A DNA stretch of 64,000 bases from Candidatus Bathyarchaeota archaeon (GCA_963726255.1 CAVSBL010000002.1:1120001-1184000), one strand, 5' to 3'. Shown: positions 1-9,463, counted from the stretch's first letter. The notes: generated by a model not told the origin, from the sequence alone. Translations and numbers: made by a program.

Positions 1-265
1 CAGGCAACCACCACATATAGCCTGCCAGGCGACTCCCCTAAGCTACAAGTTTGGTAGGTCTCGTACCACCCTTACCTTGAATTTGTCTCGTTTGCCGAGA
101 ATTCGAAAAGCAGCCCTATGCCAAATTTGACACGCCCCAATCCATACAAATCATCATGAAAGTGTAACCAAGCCTTATCTTCGCACCTCCTGAGCAGCCG
201 ATAGCCCACGAGAGTTGCTAATGTGACAAAACCCGCGAATCACTCGCGGCGAGCATGAATTACCA

Positions 266-3200
266 TTGGTGTACATTAAGAGAATTGACCTGAGAGGCTT
301 CAAGACCTTCGGGAAGAAGGCGACTGTTCACCTCGACCGCGGCCTCACGATCATAACCGGGCCGAACGGGTCCGGCAAATCGAACATCCTTGACTCGGTA
401 AAGTTCGCGTTGGGAGAATTAAGCGCCAAAGAACTTAGGGGAGAGACAATAGGCGATCTGATTCACAAGGGAGTGATGGCGGCTACATCCCGCTCGGCCT
501 GGGTCGCAGTACAATTTGACAACCAAGATAGACGAATACCCGTGGATGCCGAAGCGGTCACGATCTCACGAGAATTCCGGCGAGGCGGCGAGGGCATTTA
601 CAGGCTTAACGGAAGAAAGGTCTCCCGAAAGCAGCTTACGGACATTCTCTCCTCAGCAGACATCCAAGTCTCCAGCTATAACATCGTCCCACAACACGCG
701 ATTACACGCCTTGCTGAAGTAACAACCGAAGAGCGCCGGACGATAATTGAGGACATGATCGGAATCGCCGTCTACGATACTAAGAAAGCCTCGGCCCAAG
801 TTGAACTCCAAAAGGCTGACGTGAACCTGCAAGTAGCATCAGCAAAGATTGAGGAAGTCAGACTCCGAGTCGAATCGCTGGAAAGGGAACGCAACGACTA
901 CCTCAAGTACAAGCAGATTCAGAATGAAATTAACGGACTTCAAGCCAAAGCAATCTCCCACAAGATCAAGAAAACTCAACAAGAAAACAGCGAATTAGAA
1001 CAAGACCTCACCAAACATCAGCAGCAACTCCAAGAATTGAAAGCTGGCAAAGACCAGGTTATTCAGGAAAAGACGAAGCTTGAGTCTGAAAAAAGGGAAT
1101 ACGAAGAAACCGTAGCGGACAAAGGCAGCAGCAGGCTACTTGAAGTACAACGCAAAATGGGCGACGTCAACGCAACCATTGCAGGCCTACAGGCCCGGGC
1201 AAATGCCGCACAATCGAACATCAAATCCCTCCAAGATCAGAAAAGCGAACTGGAAAAGAACTCGACCGAAATACTCCAGAAAGTTAACAACTCAAAGAAT
1301 GAACTTTCGGAACTTAGAGCATCCCACGCCGCGCTCCTCCAGGCCATTGAAGCAAAACAAACTAAAGTTGGCGAATCATTCAAAGCACTCACCGATCTAA
1401 GAGACAAACTAGGCGCCCGCAACAAAGAGGCCGAAGACCTAGAACACACCATAGGCAGCCTAACGAGTAGAGTTGCTAGATTCACCTCGCAGGTCAAGGC
1501 GAGCGCCACAAAAATCGATTTGTTGAACAATCATTTGAAAACACTGCGAACACGCAAACAAGAATATGAGAACGCCCTTCAAAACGCCGCCAAGCATGTT
1601 GACGAACTGCTATCAGCAAAGGTCCAGGAGGGGAAAAGCTCAGCTGAGGCCGACAAGAAGATTTCTGGATACGTGAAGATTAAGCAACAACTTGCCCAAG
1701 ATGCGGAAAAGGCCAACGAGGTTGCAAAACGTTCTGCTCTAGAACTCACCGAGATAGAAACACAGAAGAACGTAACAGAGAACTTAGCCTCGGACGACAA
1801 AGCGCTCTCCCTGATCGAACAAATGGCTGAGGCGGGCGCCGTATCGGGTGTTTATGGGCGGCTAGCTGACCTTGTCAAGGTGAAAGACGGTTATGGGAAG
1901 GCTGCCCAAGCCGCAGCGGCGGGTTGGATGAAAGCCCTCGTTGTGAGGAACATTGAGGCGGCACTCTCATGCATCGAAGTTCTAAAGAAAACGAAAGTGG
2001 GACGCGTCAAACTTATTCCTCTCGAAGGCCTCACGCCGCCAAAGAAGGTCTACGTTCCCAAAGGAATTCAGGAAATCATCGGGCCAATCACAGACAGTCT
2101 TGAATTTGCAGAACGCGTTAGGCCAGCAGTGAACTATGTTTTCGGAGACACCCTGCTGACTTCGAATCAGAAATCAGCTTTCCTCGCGTCCCTGAAAGGC
2201 GTTCGAGCAGTCGCAGTCTCAGGCGATTTATACGAGCCGGGAGGCGCGATGGAAACAGGATACTTCAGGCAACCACTTGACGTCTCAAAACTGCTCCTGA
2301 AGGGCAAGACAATCGATCACCTAAGGACCACGCTTTCGTCCCTCGAGAAGTTGGCGGTGAAGGCCAAAGAGGAAATTGCCAGGATAGACCAGGAAATTCT
2401 TGACCAGCGCAACAGCAAAGTAAAGAGTCAAAACCTGATTCGGTCAATAGAGAGAGAAATCGCCACGCTCAAGGGAAACCTTGAACGAGCCCATAAGATT
2501 ATTGAGGATACCTCGGAACGAATCGAACAGATAACGCACGAAGTCGGTACGGAGCAAACGGTGCTCGAGGCCAGCGTATCGCAGAAGGAGAAGATACAAC
2601 CCAAACTGGCTGAGTTTGAGCAGACCCACAGCTCTCTAAAGATCCGTTCACAATCCGCCGTCCTCCTCGAGCGCGAGAACGAACACTCAACACTCACGAG
2701 TGAACTTACTGACCTCGTCCGACAGAAGATTGAAGCTGAAAGTCGAATTGAGTCGTTGAAATCTACTGTAACTGCGATAGAGCCGACTGCGGAACAAACG
2801 AAAATTCAGTCTACTAGCATTGACAGGCAACTGGAGAAACTGGCGTCAGAACTGCCATTGACCCAAACTGAACTTTCGAAGAACGAAGAGCAACTGAAGC
2901 AGCTTGCAGCAGCCAGGGACCAACTTACGCAGGAACTTGCTGGAGTCAGAGTCAAACGAGACGAGTACAATTCGCGCCTTCGTGAAATGGACGCGGAAAT
3001 AAACGAACTCTTCGGCAAACTTGACCCACTAAACAATAAGGTCGCTAACCTAACCGCCTCGCTCAAGCACACGCAGATGCAAACCGACTTTCACATGAAC
3101 GAACTGAAGGAACTGGGGTACCCAGAGGCAGTGGAAGTCAGTGACGATGAAATCCAAAAGCTAGAGACCACGCTTCCAGTGCTCAAGAAAGAGCTCGCTG

Positions 3201-3817
3201 GGATAGGGGGCGTCAACGAACTCGCTGCTTCCCAGTACGAGGAAGTTAAAGAAAATTACAAGCACCTAGCCACTAGAATTTACGACCTTGAGAAAGAGAA
3301 AATGTCGATAGTCCAATTCATGAACGAACTGGACCAACAGAAGCTTGAAGCTTTCATGAAAGCATTCAACCAAGTCAGTGAATCCTTCAGCCAAATTTTC
3401 TCAACAGTCACGAGCGGGGCTGGAAGGCTCTTTCTTGAGAAGCCTGAAAACCCGTTCGACGGAGGCGCTGACATTAGGTTACAGTTTCCTGGAAAGACTG
3501 AAATGTCGATTGGAAGCGCTAGCGGTGGCGAGAAATCAGTCGGAACTGTCTGTTTCATACTTTCCCTCCAAGCAATTCATCCGATGCCATTTTACATGAT
3601 GGATGAAATCGACGCCCACCTAGATGTGGTTAATTCACAGCGACTGGCGGAATTGCTAAAATCGAAGTCGAAGGGCTCTCAATTCATCGTCGTTTCGCTG
3701 AAGGACGTGACTATCGCTCGAGCTGATACGGTTTATGGCGTCTTCATTCAGGAAGGCGTCTCCCAAGTAGTTGGCCTGCCAATGCAGGAGGTAAGGACGG
3801 TTGGAAGAACTCAGTAA
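266..3817 (+). CDS. smc: Chromosome segregation protein SMC
   Basis: Walker A GPNGSGKSN, long coiled coils, hinge (GVYGRLADLV...SGDLYEPGGAMETG), signature SASGGEKS, Walker B/D-loop MDEIDAHLD. Confidence 0.97.
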   Translation: MVYIKRIDLRGFKTFGKKATVHLDRGLTIITGPNGSGKSNILDSVKFALGELSAKELRGETIGDLIHKGVMAATSRSAWVAVQFDNQDRRIPVDAEAVTISREFRRGGEGIYRLNGRKVSRKQLTDILSSADIQVSSYNIVPQHAITRLAEVTTEERRTIIEDMIGIAVYDTKKASAQVELQKADVNLQVASAKIEEVRLRVESLERERNDYLKYKQIQNEINGLQAKAISHKIKKTQQENSELEQDLTKHQQQLQELKAGKDQVIQEKTKLESEKREYEETVADKGSSRLLEVQRKMGDVNATIAGLQARANAAQSNIKSLQDQKSELEKNSTEILQKVNNSKNELSELRASHAALLQAIEAKQTKVGESFKALTDLRDKLGARNKEAEDLEHTIGSLTSRVARFTSQVKASATKIDLLNNHLKTLRTRKQEYENALQNAAKHVDELLSAKVQEGKSSAEADKKISGYVKIKQQLAQDAEKANEVAKRSALELTEIETQKNVTENLASDDKALSLIEQMAEAGAVSGVYGRLADLVKVKDGYGKAAQAAAAGWMKALVVRNIEAALSCIEVLKKTKVGRVKLIPLEGLTPPKKVYVPKGIQEIIGPITDSLEFAERVRPAVNYVFGDTLLTSNQKSAFLASLKGVRAVAVSGDLYEPGGAMETGYFRQPLDVSKLLLKGKTIDHLRTTLSSLEKLAVKAKEEIARIDQEILDQRNSKVKSQNLIRSIEREIATLKGNLERAHKIIEDTSERIEQITHEVGTEQTVLEASVSQKEKIQPKLAEFEQTHSSLKIRSQSAVLLERENEHSTLTSELTDLVRQKIEAESRIESLKSTVTAIEPTAEQTKIQSTSIDRQLEKLASELPLTQTELSKNEEQLKQLAAARDQLTQELAGVRVKRDEYNSRLREMDAEINELFGKLDPLNNKVANLTASLKHTQMQTDFHMNELKELGYPEAVEVSDDEIQKLETTLPVLKKELAGIGGVNELAASQYEEVKENYKHLATRIYDLEKEKMSIVQFMNELDQQKLEAFMKAFNQVSESFSQIFSTVTSGAGRLFLEKPENPFDGGADIRLQFPGKTEMSIGSASGGEKSVGTVCFILSLQAIHPMPFYMMDEIDAHLDVVNSQRLAELLKSKSKGSQFIVVSLKDVTIARADTVYGVFIQEGVSQVVGLPMQEVRTVGRTQ

Positions 3818-4472
3818 GCCCTTTTGGATGAGGCCCCCTTACCTTATCCTATTCGACCTGTTGAGGCTTCACCGGGTGAAGCCTTGGGACGTCGACATAA
3901 GCAACCTACTGAATGCTTTCCTTGCCGAGATGAAGAAGAGCGGCTACATCGACTTTTCCGCCTCGGGCACGGCCTTGCTTTCATCCTCAGTCGTTCACCG
4001 CATGAAATCCGAACTTGTCCTGAAAATGGAAGAGCCTCCGAAACCCCCGGTTGCTAGACCTGACGTGGAGGTCCCACCACCCCTACCATTTCCTATTCGG
4101 TTTGAGTACACCTCAACATCAGTCGCTGAAATCCTCCGTACACTCCAACAGGTTTTGGAAAACGAGAAGACTGTCCTCGCGAAGAAGCCATTCGTGCTAA
4201 GCCCACCGTCGGTTTTCGAGCAATTAGATGCATTTCTCGCGAACATACAAGAGAACATCGAGAATTTTTATGCCGAACTCATCAAACTCAGCATTAGGGG
4301 ATTACCTCTCTCCTTCAAAGACCTCGTCAAGGGCCAAACGTTTCTCGAGGCGGTTCGAATTTTCATAATGTTACTCTTCCTAGCCAACGACAAGAAGATT
4401 CTGCTAACACAAGACGACCTAGGTTCCGACCTATTCGTCCGTTTAGGTGAGGTGTCGCCACCAATTGCTTGA
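3801..4472 (+). CDS. scpA: Segregation/condensation protein A (kleisin)
   Basis: N-terminal KPWDVDI motif, C-terminal IFIMLLFLA...ILLTQ winged helix, directly after smc. Confidence 0.88.
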   Translation: MEELSKPFWMRPPYLILFDLLRLHRVKPWDVDISNLLNAFLAEMKKSGYIDFSASGTALLSSSVVHRMKSELVLKMEEPPKPPVARPDVEVPPPLPFPIRFEYTSTSVAEILRTLQQVLENEKTVLAKKPFVLSPPSVFEQLDAFLANIQENIENFYAELIKLSIRGLPLSFKDLVKGQTFLEAVRIFIMLLFLANDKKILLTQDDLGSDLFVRLGEVSPPIA

Positions 4473-5088
4473 ACCGCCCAATGAAACCAATGAACCCACA
4501 CTAATTGTCCCCAAAGCAAAAACAAAGCTTGCCTTGATAGAGGCCGCCCTCTACGTTACTGGCAAGCCCTTAGACCTTAAGACACTTGGGTCAGTGGTGG
4601 GGTTTCGGTCGGAAGAGAAGACCAGGGACCTCGCTCGTACTCTGAAGGACAAATACGGAAAAGACGGAAGTTCACTTGAAGTGTTGGAGCTCAGCGACGG
4701 TAGGTTCGTGATGCAATTGAAGCCGCAGTACGTGCGGCATGTTAAGCGGCTGGCGACACGGCAACTGCTCACACCTGGGCCGATGAAGACACTTTCCTTT
4801 ATTGCAGTCAGGCAGCCCGTAACCCAGTCTTACCTTGCGAAAGTTAGAGGGAACCTAGCGTACTCACACGTCAAACAGCTTCGGGAAATGGGGCTCTTAG
4901 CAGAGGAGAAGTTGGGACGGACGAAAATGCTTCGAACAACTCCAAACTTCGCTGATTACTTCAACCTTAGTCATGACATGGCTGCCATGAAGAAGCAGCT
5001 GGAAAAACTGTTTGAAAACATCAAAATAGAAAGATCCCAACAAAAACCCGGTCCGAAAGTCGAAAAAGAGAAAGTTCTAAGTCCTTAG
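4447..5088 (+). CDS. scpB: Segregation/condensation protein B; true start may be TTG near 4465
   Basis: LIEAALY, TLSFIA.RQPVTQ, Y/RTTPNFADYF motifs of ScpB. Confidence 0.93.
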   Translation: MRCRHQLLEPPNETNEPTLIVPKAKTKLALIEAALYVTGKPLDLKTLGSVVGFRSEEKTRDLARTLKDKYGKDGSSLEVLELSDGRFVMQLKPQYVRHVKRLATRQLLTPGPMKTLSFIAVRQPVTQSYLAKVRGNLAYSHVKQLREMGLLAEEKLGRTKMLRTTPNFADYFNLSHDMAAMKKQLEKLFENIKIERSQQKPGPKVEKEKVLSP

Positions 5089-5131
5089 GGAAATAAGAGA
5101 GCATTGCGATACGAGTCTTGAGGCGCAGCGA

Positions 5132-5296
5132 ATGGTTATGGTTGAATTTAACAAGCTGAAGGAGACCGTCGACATCTTCATACCTAGAACCACGGAGGGT
5201 GCTTCGATTACTTTGACGATGACCGTCGACAAGGCGAAGCAACTTTACCAACTCCTCCAAAAAGTTTTGAAAGAAAACGATCAACTACCCGCCTAG
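5132..5296 (+). CDS. Small hypothetical protein (54 aa, MVMVEFNKLKETVDIFIP...KVLKENDQLPA), below the ORF-track cutoff
   Basis: ATG at 5132 preceded by GAGGCG; fills the scpB-rps8e gap on the same strand; beta-beta-alpha-like amphipathic pattern. Confidence 0.6.
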   Translation: MVMVEFNKLKETVDIFIPRTTEGASITLTMTVDKAKQLYQLLQKVLKENDQLPA

Positions 5297-5375
5297 TCGG
5301 ACGGAAACATAACAACGCTTAAAAGAACCGCCCCTTGCCTCTCAGTGAAATTCAACTTAGGAGCTGGAATACAGT

Positions 5376-5771
5376 ATGCCCCAATGGCACGGAGACCTTC
5401 ACAAACGCAAGAAAACAGGCGGCAAGAAACACATGTTCCGCGGCAAGCGTGCTTTTGAAATGGGAAGCGACCCCGCGCAGACCATTGTGGGAGAAAAGAG
5501 AATATCGAAGAAACGAGGCCGCGGCGGGAAACCAAAGTTCGCTGCCTTGGCAGTTAACACTGTCAACGTCACCGACCCTTCAACGGGGAAAAGTCAAAAG
5601 ACAGAGATTAGAAGCGTCGTGAAGAACCCTGCCAACGTCGATTACCAACGCCGGGGAGTAATTACCAAAGGTGCCGTTGTCGAGACGCCCTTGGGACAGG
5701 CGATTGTGACCTCGAGACCAGGCCAGCACGGCGTCGTGAACGCCGTTCTCCTTCAAGGCACACAGCAGTAA
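5376..5771 (+). CDS. rps8e: 30S ribosomal protein S8e
   Basis: KRKKTGGK, NPANVDYQRRGVITKG, VTSRPGQHGVVNAVL. Confidence 0.97.
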   Translation: MPQWHGDLHKRKKTGGKKHMFRGKRAFEMGSDPAQTIVGEKRISKKRGRGGKPKFAALAVNTVNVTDPSTGKSQKTEIRSVVKNPANVDYQRRGVITKGAVVETPLGQAIVTSRPGQHGVVNAVLLQGTQQ

Positions 5772-5816
5772 TCCCACGCCTTCGTCCGTTCCCGCATTGC
5801 CTAGGCGAAGCTCTCC

Positions 5817-6128
5817 TTGAAACTTCAAGGGAAAATGGTTGTCTGGCCAGCCAACCTCGATTCTTCAAAATCTCGGAAAGGAGGAAGAAAACTACCTAAG
5901 GCTTCAGCGATTCAAGCTCCTAGGCTCGAGGAAATTAACGACGCTGCCGAACGCCTCTCCTTCGAAGCTGAAATAGTTCTCGCAAAATCGCTGCCCAGCT
6001 CATGGTGGGAGAAAGGTGGGTACGCCATACTCGCAAAGAAGGGCCCGAAGGGGAACCTGCTCCGATCCCTCGCAAGCGAGATTAAGAAGGCCAGGGCCGC
6101 GAAAACCGGGCAGGAAAAGAGAACCTGA
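5817..6128 (+). CDS. srp19: Signal recognition particle 19 kDa protein
   Basis: VVWPANLDSSKSRKGGRKLP, PSSWWEKGG. Confidence 0.92.
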   Translation: MKLQGKMVVWPANLDSSKSRKGGRKLPKASAIQAPRLEEINDAAERLSFEAEIVLAKSLPSSWWEKGGYAILAKKGPKGNLLRSLASEIKKARAAKTGQEKRT

Positions 6129-6134
6129 GGGCGC

Positions 6135-7400
6135 TCAGGGCGGGAGCCCCCCGATCAGCGTCACATCTACGTTTTGCCCTCCCTCAATAGCTATAATCCC
6201 TTCATTGAGAGTGACGATTCCGTTCGCCCTAACCATGCTCATCAGAACTGAAGAACGTTGTAGTTTGAGCGGCTCGGCAACTAACCCCCGCCCATCACGC
6301 TTTACCATGACCCTCACAAAGGTCCTGTTACCGGGCGCCCCCGTGATTCTTTCACTCAAGAGCGCACTGACAGTTGGTTCGAACAATTCCTGAACGCCCA
6401 ACATCTTCGCGAGGACAGGACGTACGAAGGTTCGGAATGCGAAGAATGCGGAGACTGGAAACCCAGGCAGTGAAAATACGGCTTTGCCGTTCACCACTGC
6501 CAAGCCTGTTGGCATGGCAGGCCTCATGGCAACCCCATGTACCAACATACCCGGCTTGCCTAAGGTGTTGACACACTCAGGGACGAGATCCCTTTTGCCG
6601 ACCGAAGACCCTGCGCTTACAATGAGCGCATCGCATGTCTTCAATCCACTCCTCATAGCGTTCTTAATGCTGGATTCCAGATCCTTGACAATTCCCAGGT
6701 CAACGGCTCTCGCCCCCAATTCCTGAAGCATACCGGATATGATTGCCCTGTTGATGTCGATAACTTTGCCCGGGCTACGGCTACTGATCGAATCTACGAG
6801 CTCGTTACCAGTTGATATGACAGCTACGCGTGGCTCCCTAGCAACATACACTCTCGACAATGCTAGTACCTTCGATATGCCAATATCCTGCGGCCGGAGG
6901 CGCATCCCCTTCTTGAGCACAACCGTATGTGGTGTAACGTCCTCACCCTTCATCGCGATGCTCTGGCCGGGCGTAGTCGGGACGTGGACTGCGATTCTGC
7001 CTGCCGGAAGCTTGGTCGTTCGCTCAATCATCACGACGGCGTCTGCACCGGGGGGAATCACGCTCCCGGTTGCGACAGCAACGCTCTCTCCCGGCTCAAC
7101 CTGCAGTCTGGGTAAGGCGCCTATCCTGCTTTCCCCAACCACCCGAAGGATTGCGGGTTTGTCTTGAGAAGCATTCTTCACGTCTTCAACGCGGACAGCG
7201 TATCCGTCCATCACCGAGCGATCAACTGGTGGCAGGTACTGATTTGCAACGACGTCTTTTCCAAGGTATCGTCCCAAGGCCCGCTGAACAGCGACGGATT
7301 CGAGCTTGACAGTCGGCTCTCCGAGGGCAGCGAAAAGCATCTCAAGCGCGTCGTCAACCCTAGTTAGTTTTTGGAAACCTTCGGTGTGCAAATGACTCAT
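6135..7400 (-). CDS. moeA: Molybdopterin molybdotransferase MoeA
   Basis: SVMDGYAV, TGSVIPPGADAVVMIE, STGNEL, GSSVGKRD, LPGFPVS. Confidence 0.95.
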   Translation of the reverse strand: MSHLHTEGFQKLTRVDDALEMLFAALGEPTVKLESVAVQRALGRYLGKDVVANQYLPPVDRSVMDGYAVRVEDVKNASQDKPAILRVVGESRIGALPRLQVEPGESVAVATGSVIPPGADAVVMIERTTKLPAGRIAVHVPTTPGQSIAMKGEDVTPHTVVLKKGMRLRPQDIGISKVLALSRVYVAREPRVAVISTGNELVDSISSRSPGKVIDINRAIISGMLQELGARAVDLGIVKDLESSIKNAMRSGLKTCDALIVSAGSSVGKRDLVPECVNTLGKPGMLVHGVAMRPAMPTGLAVVNGKAVFSLPGFPVSAFFAFRTFVRPVLAKMLGVQELFEPTVSALLSERITGAPGNRTFVRVMVKRDGRGLVAEPLKLQRSSVLMSMVRANGIVTLNEGIIAIEGGQNVDVTLIGGLPP

Positions 7401-7472
7401 GGGATTAACACTAATCCGACGGGAAGATATTATGCGCGGCAGATATCTAACACACTCTGCCGGTGGCCGCCC

Positions 7473-7748
7473 ATGGCCGATTCGCTGACCACGACGATTA
7501 CAATCCTTGGGGCGCTCGTCGTACTAATTGGGCTAATCTTCTGGATCCGAAGAGTTCGACAAAAAGGAGACGGCGGGCCTTTCATCGAACTTGAGAAATT
7601 GGTCAAGTGCAGGTCCTGCGGTTCTCTGATACCGGAAGGTGTCCGCAAATGCGCTTTTTGTGGCGTCTGGCAACGCCAAGAGGATTCCGGAGAACAAATA
7701 AATGGCCCAAAGAGCAATGGCACGAACGCCGCCGAAATGGCACACTAG
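7473..7748 (+). CDS. Small membrane-anchored zinc-ribbon protein
   Basis: N-terminal hydrophobic helix then CRSC...CAFC; likely start ATG 7473. Confidence 0.7.
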   Translation: MADSLTTTITILGALVVLIGLIFWIRRVRQKGDGGPFIELEKLVKCRSCGSLIPEGVRKCAFCGVWQRQEDSGEQINGPKSNGTNAAEMAH

Positions 7749-7883
7749 CCGCCGTATGCGCATTCGCGTAGACGACAGCTCAGTGGTGGAGCAGCGGACC
7801 CTTCTCAGTAAGGGGCTGAAGCTGTTAAGCGGGCAGACACAGCTACCCGTTGGTCGCAGGTTCGAGCCCTGCCGGCGGCGCCA
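7748..7883 (+). tRNA. tRNA-Asn(GTT) with three introns (8/9: 7756-7776; 30/31: 7798-7820; 37/38: 7828-7844) and encoded CCA
   Basis: After removing the introns: GCCGCCG TA GCTC AGTGGTG GAGC A GCGGG CT GTT AA CCCGT TGGTC GCAGG TTCGAGC CCTGC CGGCGGC G CCA, a complete cloverleaf with G73 discriminator; each intron forms a BHB-type motif. Confidence 0.92.
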
Positions 7884-7933
7884 ATAAATCCTGCGATGAC
7901 CTTTTCTCGGCTAAAGGAGTTCCGTTCATTCAG

Positions 7934-8350
7934 ATGCGAATACGTGAATTTCAACTCAATGATTACGGCGATGTTGTGAACGTTTGGAATACAGCCGGGC
8001 TCATTCTCCGTCCAGGCGACGAATTTGAGGGAGTCAAGTTGAAGTTGCAAAGAGACCCTGACCTATTCTTGGTCGCCGAAGACGAAGATGAGATTGTGGG
8101 GGTCGTCATGGGAGCTTGGGATGGAAGGCGCGGCTGGATCAATCATCTTGCAGTGGTACCCAGTCATCAAAGACGTGGTATAGGCCAGGCGCTCATCGGG
8201 GAGGTTGAGAAACGCCTAATTGAGAAAGGGGCAAAGAAGGTTAACGCGCAGATCTACCGGTGGAACACAAAATCCTTTGATTTCTTCAAGTCAGTTGGTT
8301 ATGAGGTTCATTCCGACCTCGTAATGATAGGAAAGCACCTTAAGAAATAG
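7934..8350 (+). CDS. GNAT family N-acetyltransferase; start ATG 7934 because the longer ORF overlaps the tRNA
   Basis: DGRRGWINHLAV, HQRRGIG acetyl-CoA motif, N...FF...GY. Confidence 0.9.
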   Translation: MRIREFQLNDYGDVVNVWNTAGLILRPGDEFEGVKLKLQRDPDLFLVAEDEDEIVGVVMGAWDGRRGWINHLAVVPSHQRRGIGQALIGEVEKRLIEKGAKKVNAQIYRWNTKSFDFFKSVGYEVHSDLVMIGKHLKK

Positions 8351-8371
8351 GACCGGCGTCTTATGCTTACG

Positions 8372-9442
8372 TTACTGCTTACTGCTTACTGCTTCTGGGA
8401 CGGGTATGTAGTCACAGATCGGTGAGGGCTTTTCGAGGATACGGTTGATTGTGACTTCGCCGATCATTCGGCAGTACTTGGTGATCTGGGCAAGGTTCCA
8501 GACGATCATTCGGAGGCTTGCAGCTGCGCTCGCGTCCTTCACGTGGGTAAGAACCCTCTGGGTTAACTTTCTCGAATCGTCCTCTGCTTCTTCTACCATT
8601 TCAATGGCTTCATTTGACATGGCGATGTCCCCGGTGAGAAGCGCCTTGACGGTGTGATTTGAAATCTTGATTGTTGCGTTGCTGAACTTCGCAATTTCGT
8701 TGAGAATTGCTTCGCTTGTTATTTCGCGGACCTTCAGGTCTAGCACTTCCTTCGCAATGTTTTCAGCGCAGTCAGCCATCTCTTCGAGTGTTTTTGCGAC
8801 CACTCTGTTTCCGGGTATGTGAAGCGGCGAGTCGATACCTATCTTTGTTCCGACACTCCTGTCTCTTATCGCCAAGAGCAGTTGTCTGACTATCAACCAG
8901 TATATTCGATCCGATTCCTCTTCCATATGGCTTACTTCGGCCGCGAGTTCGGGCCGCTTTTCGACGAGAGCCTTGATCGAGACCTCGATCATCGAGTTGA
9001 TTATGATATGCAAGCGTCGCATAAGGCCGTAGATTGGAAAGCGGGTTGGATCAACGAAGCTTTGAAGCGTAACCTGCTTCAAGGTTTGTTCAACAATGCT
9101 AAGCCCTGTAAGACGCTGAGTGGTGGCACGAATCTCCTCGAGGTGGCCTTTCTTCAATTCATCCTTTGCAACAATTTGTATCGTGTCATGACCGAGAATA
9201 TAGTTCGCTGTGATGACCCGGGTTAGGAGATTGGGGGAAGTGCAGAGGTCTGGGTTAACAATGCAGTCCTTGATTTCCTCTCGCTTATGCTCGGTCCCCG
9301 GGATTAGCTTGAGCGACCCGTCGTCTTCGCGTTTGATTGAGACAATGTCACCTGCTTTCAGTTTTACGTCTTCAACCCACTCTCGAGGCAGAGAAACAGT
9401 TAGAGTTGAATATCCAACCCTCTGAACTTTACGAGCTTCCAA
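8372..9442 (-). CDS. AbrB-PhoU type regulator (archaeal phosphate-uptake-regulator family), paralog 1
   Basis: RKVQRVGYSTLTVSLPREW AbrB N-terminus plus two PhoU repeats (EEESDRIYWL). Confidence 0.9.
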   Translation of the reverse strand: MEARKVQRVGYSTLTVSLPREWVEDVKLKAGDIVSIKREDDGSLKLIPGTEHKREEIKDCIVNPDLCTSPNLLTRVITANYILGHDTIQIVAKDELKKGHLEEIRATTQRLTGLSIVEQTLKQVTLQSFVDPTRFPIYGLMRRLHIIINSMIEVSIKALVEKRPELAAEVSHMEEESDRIYWLIVRQLLLAIRDRSVGTKIGIDSPLHIPGNRVVAKTLEEMADCAENIAKEVLDLKVREITSEAILNEIAKFSNATIKISNHTVKALLTGDIAMSNEAIEMVEEAEDDSRKLTQRVLTHVKDASAAASLRMIVWNLAQITKYCRMIGEVTINRILEKPSPICDYIPVPEAVSSKQ

Positions 9443-9453
9443 ACTTCCGCACA

Positions 9454-9463
9454 GGTAATTACC
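9454..9463. promoter_or_regulatory. Palindrome GGTAATTACC, candidate operator
   Basis: Perfect 10-bp palindrome 12 nt upstream of the regulator start; same core at 10875 and 14589. Confidence 0.4.

Noticed and set aside
5658-5665. GTAATTAC inside rps8e (also at 60756 in sucD)
   Set aside because: Encodes Val-Ile-Thr within conserved proteins; treated as chance occurrences.
7850-7933. N-terminal extension MVAGSSPAGGA of the GNAT ORF, and ORFs 7702-7887 and 7805-8050
   Set aside because: These are translations of the tRNA T-arm and acceptor stem; the real GNAT start is ATG 7934.
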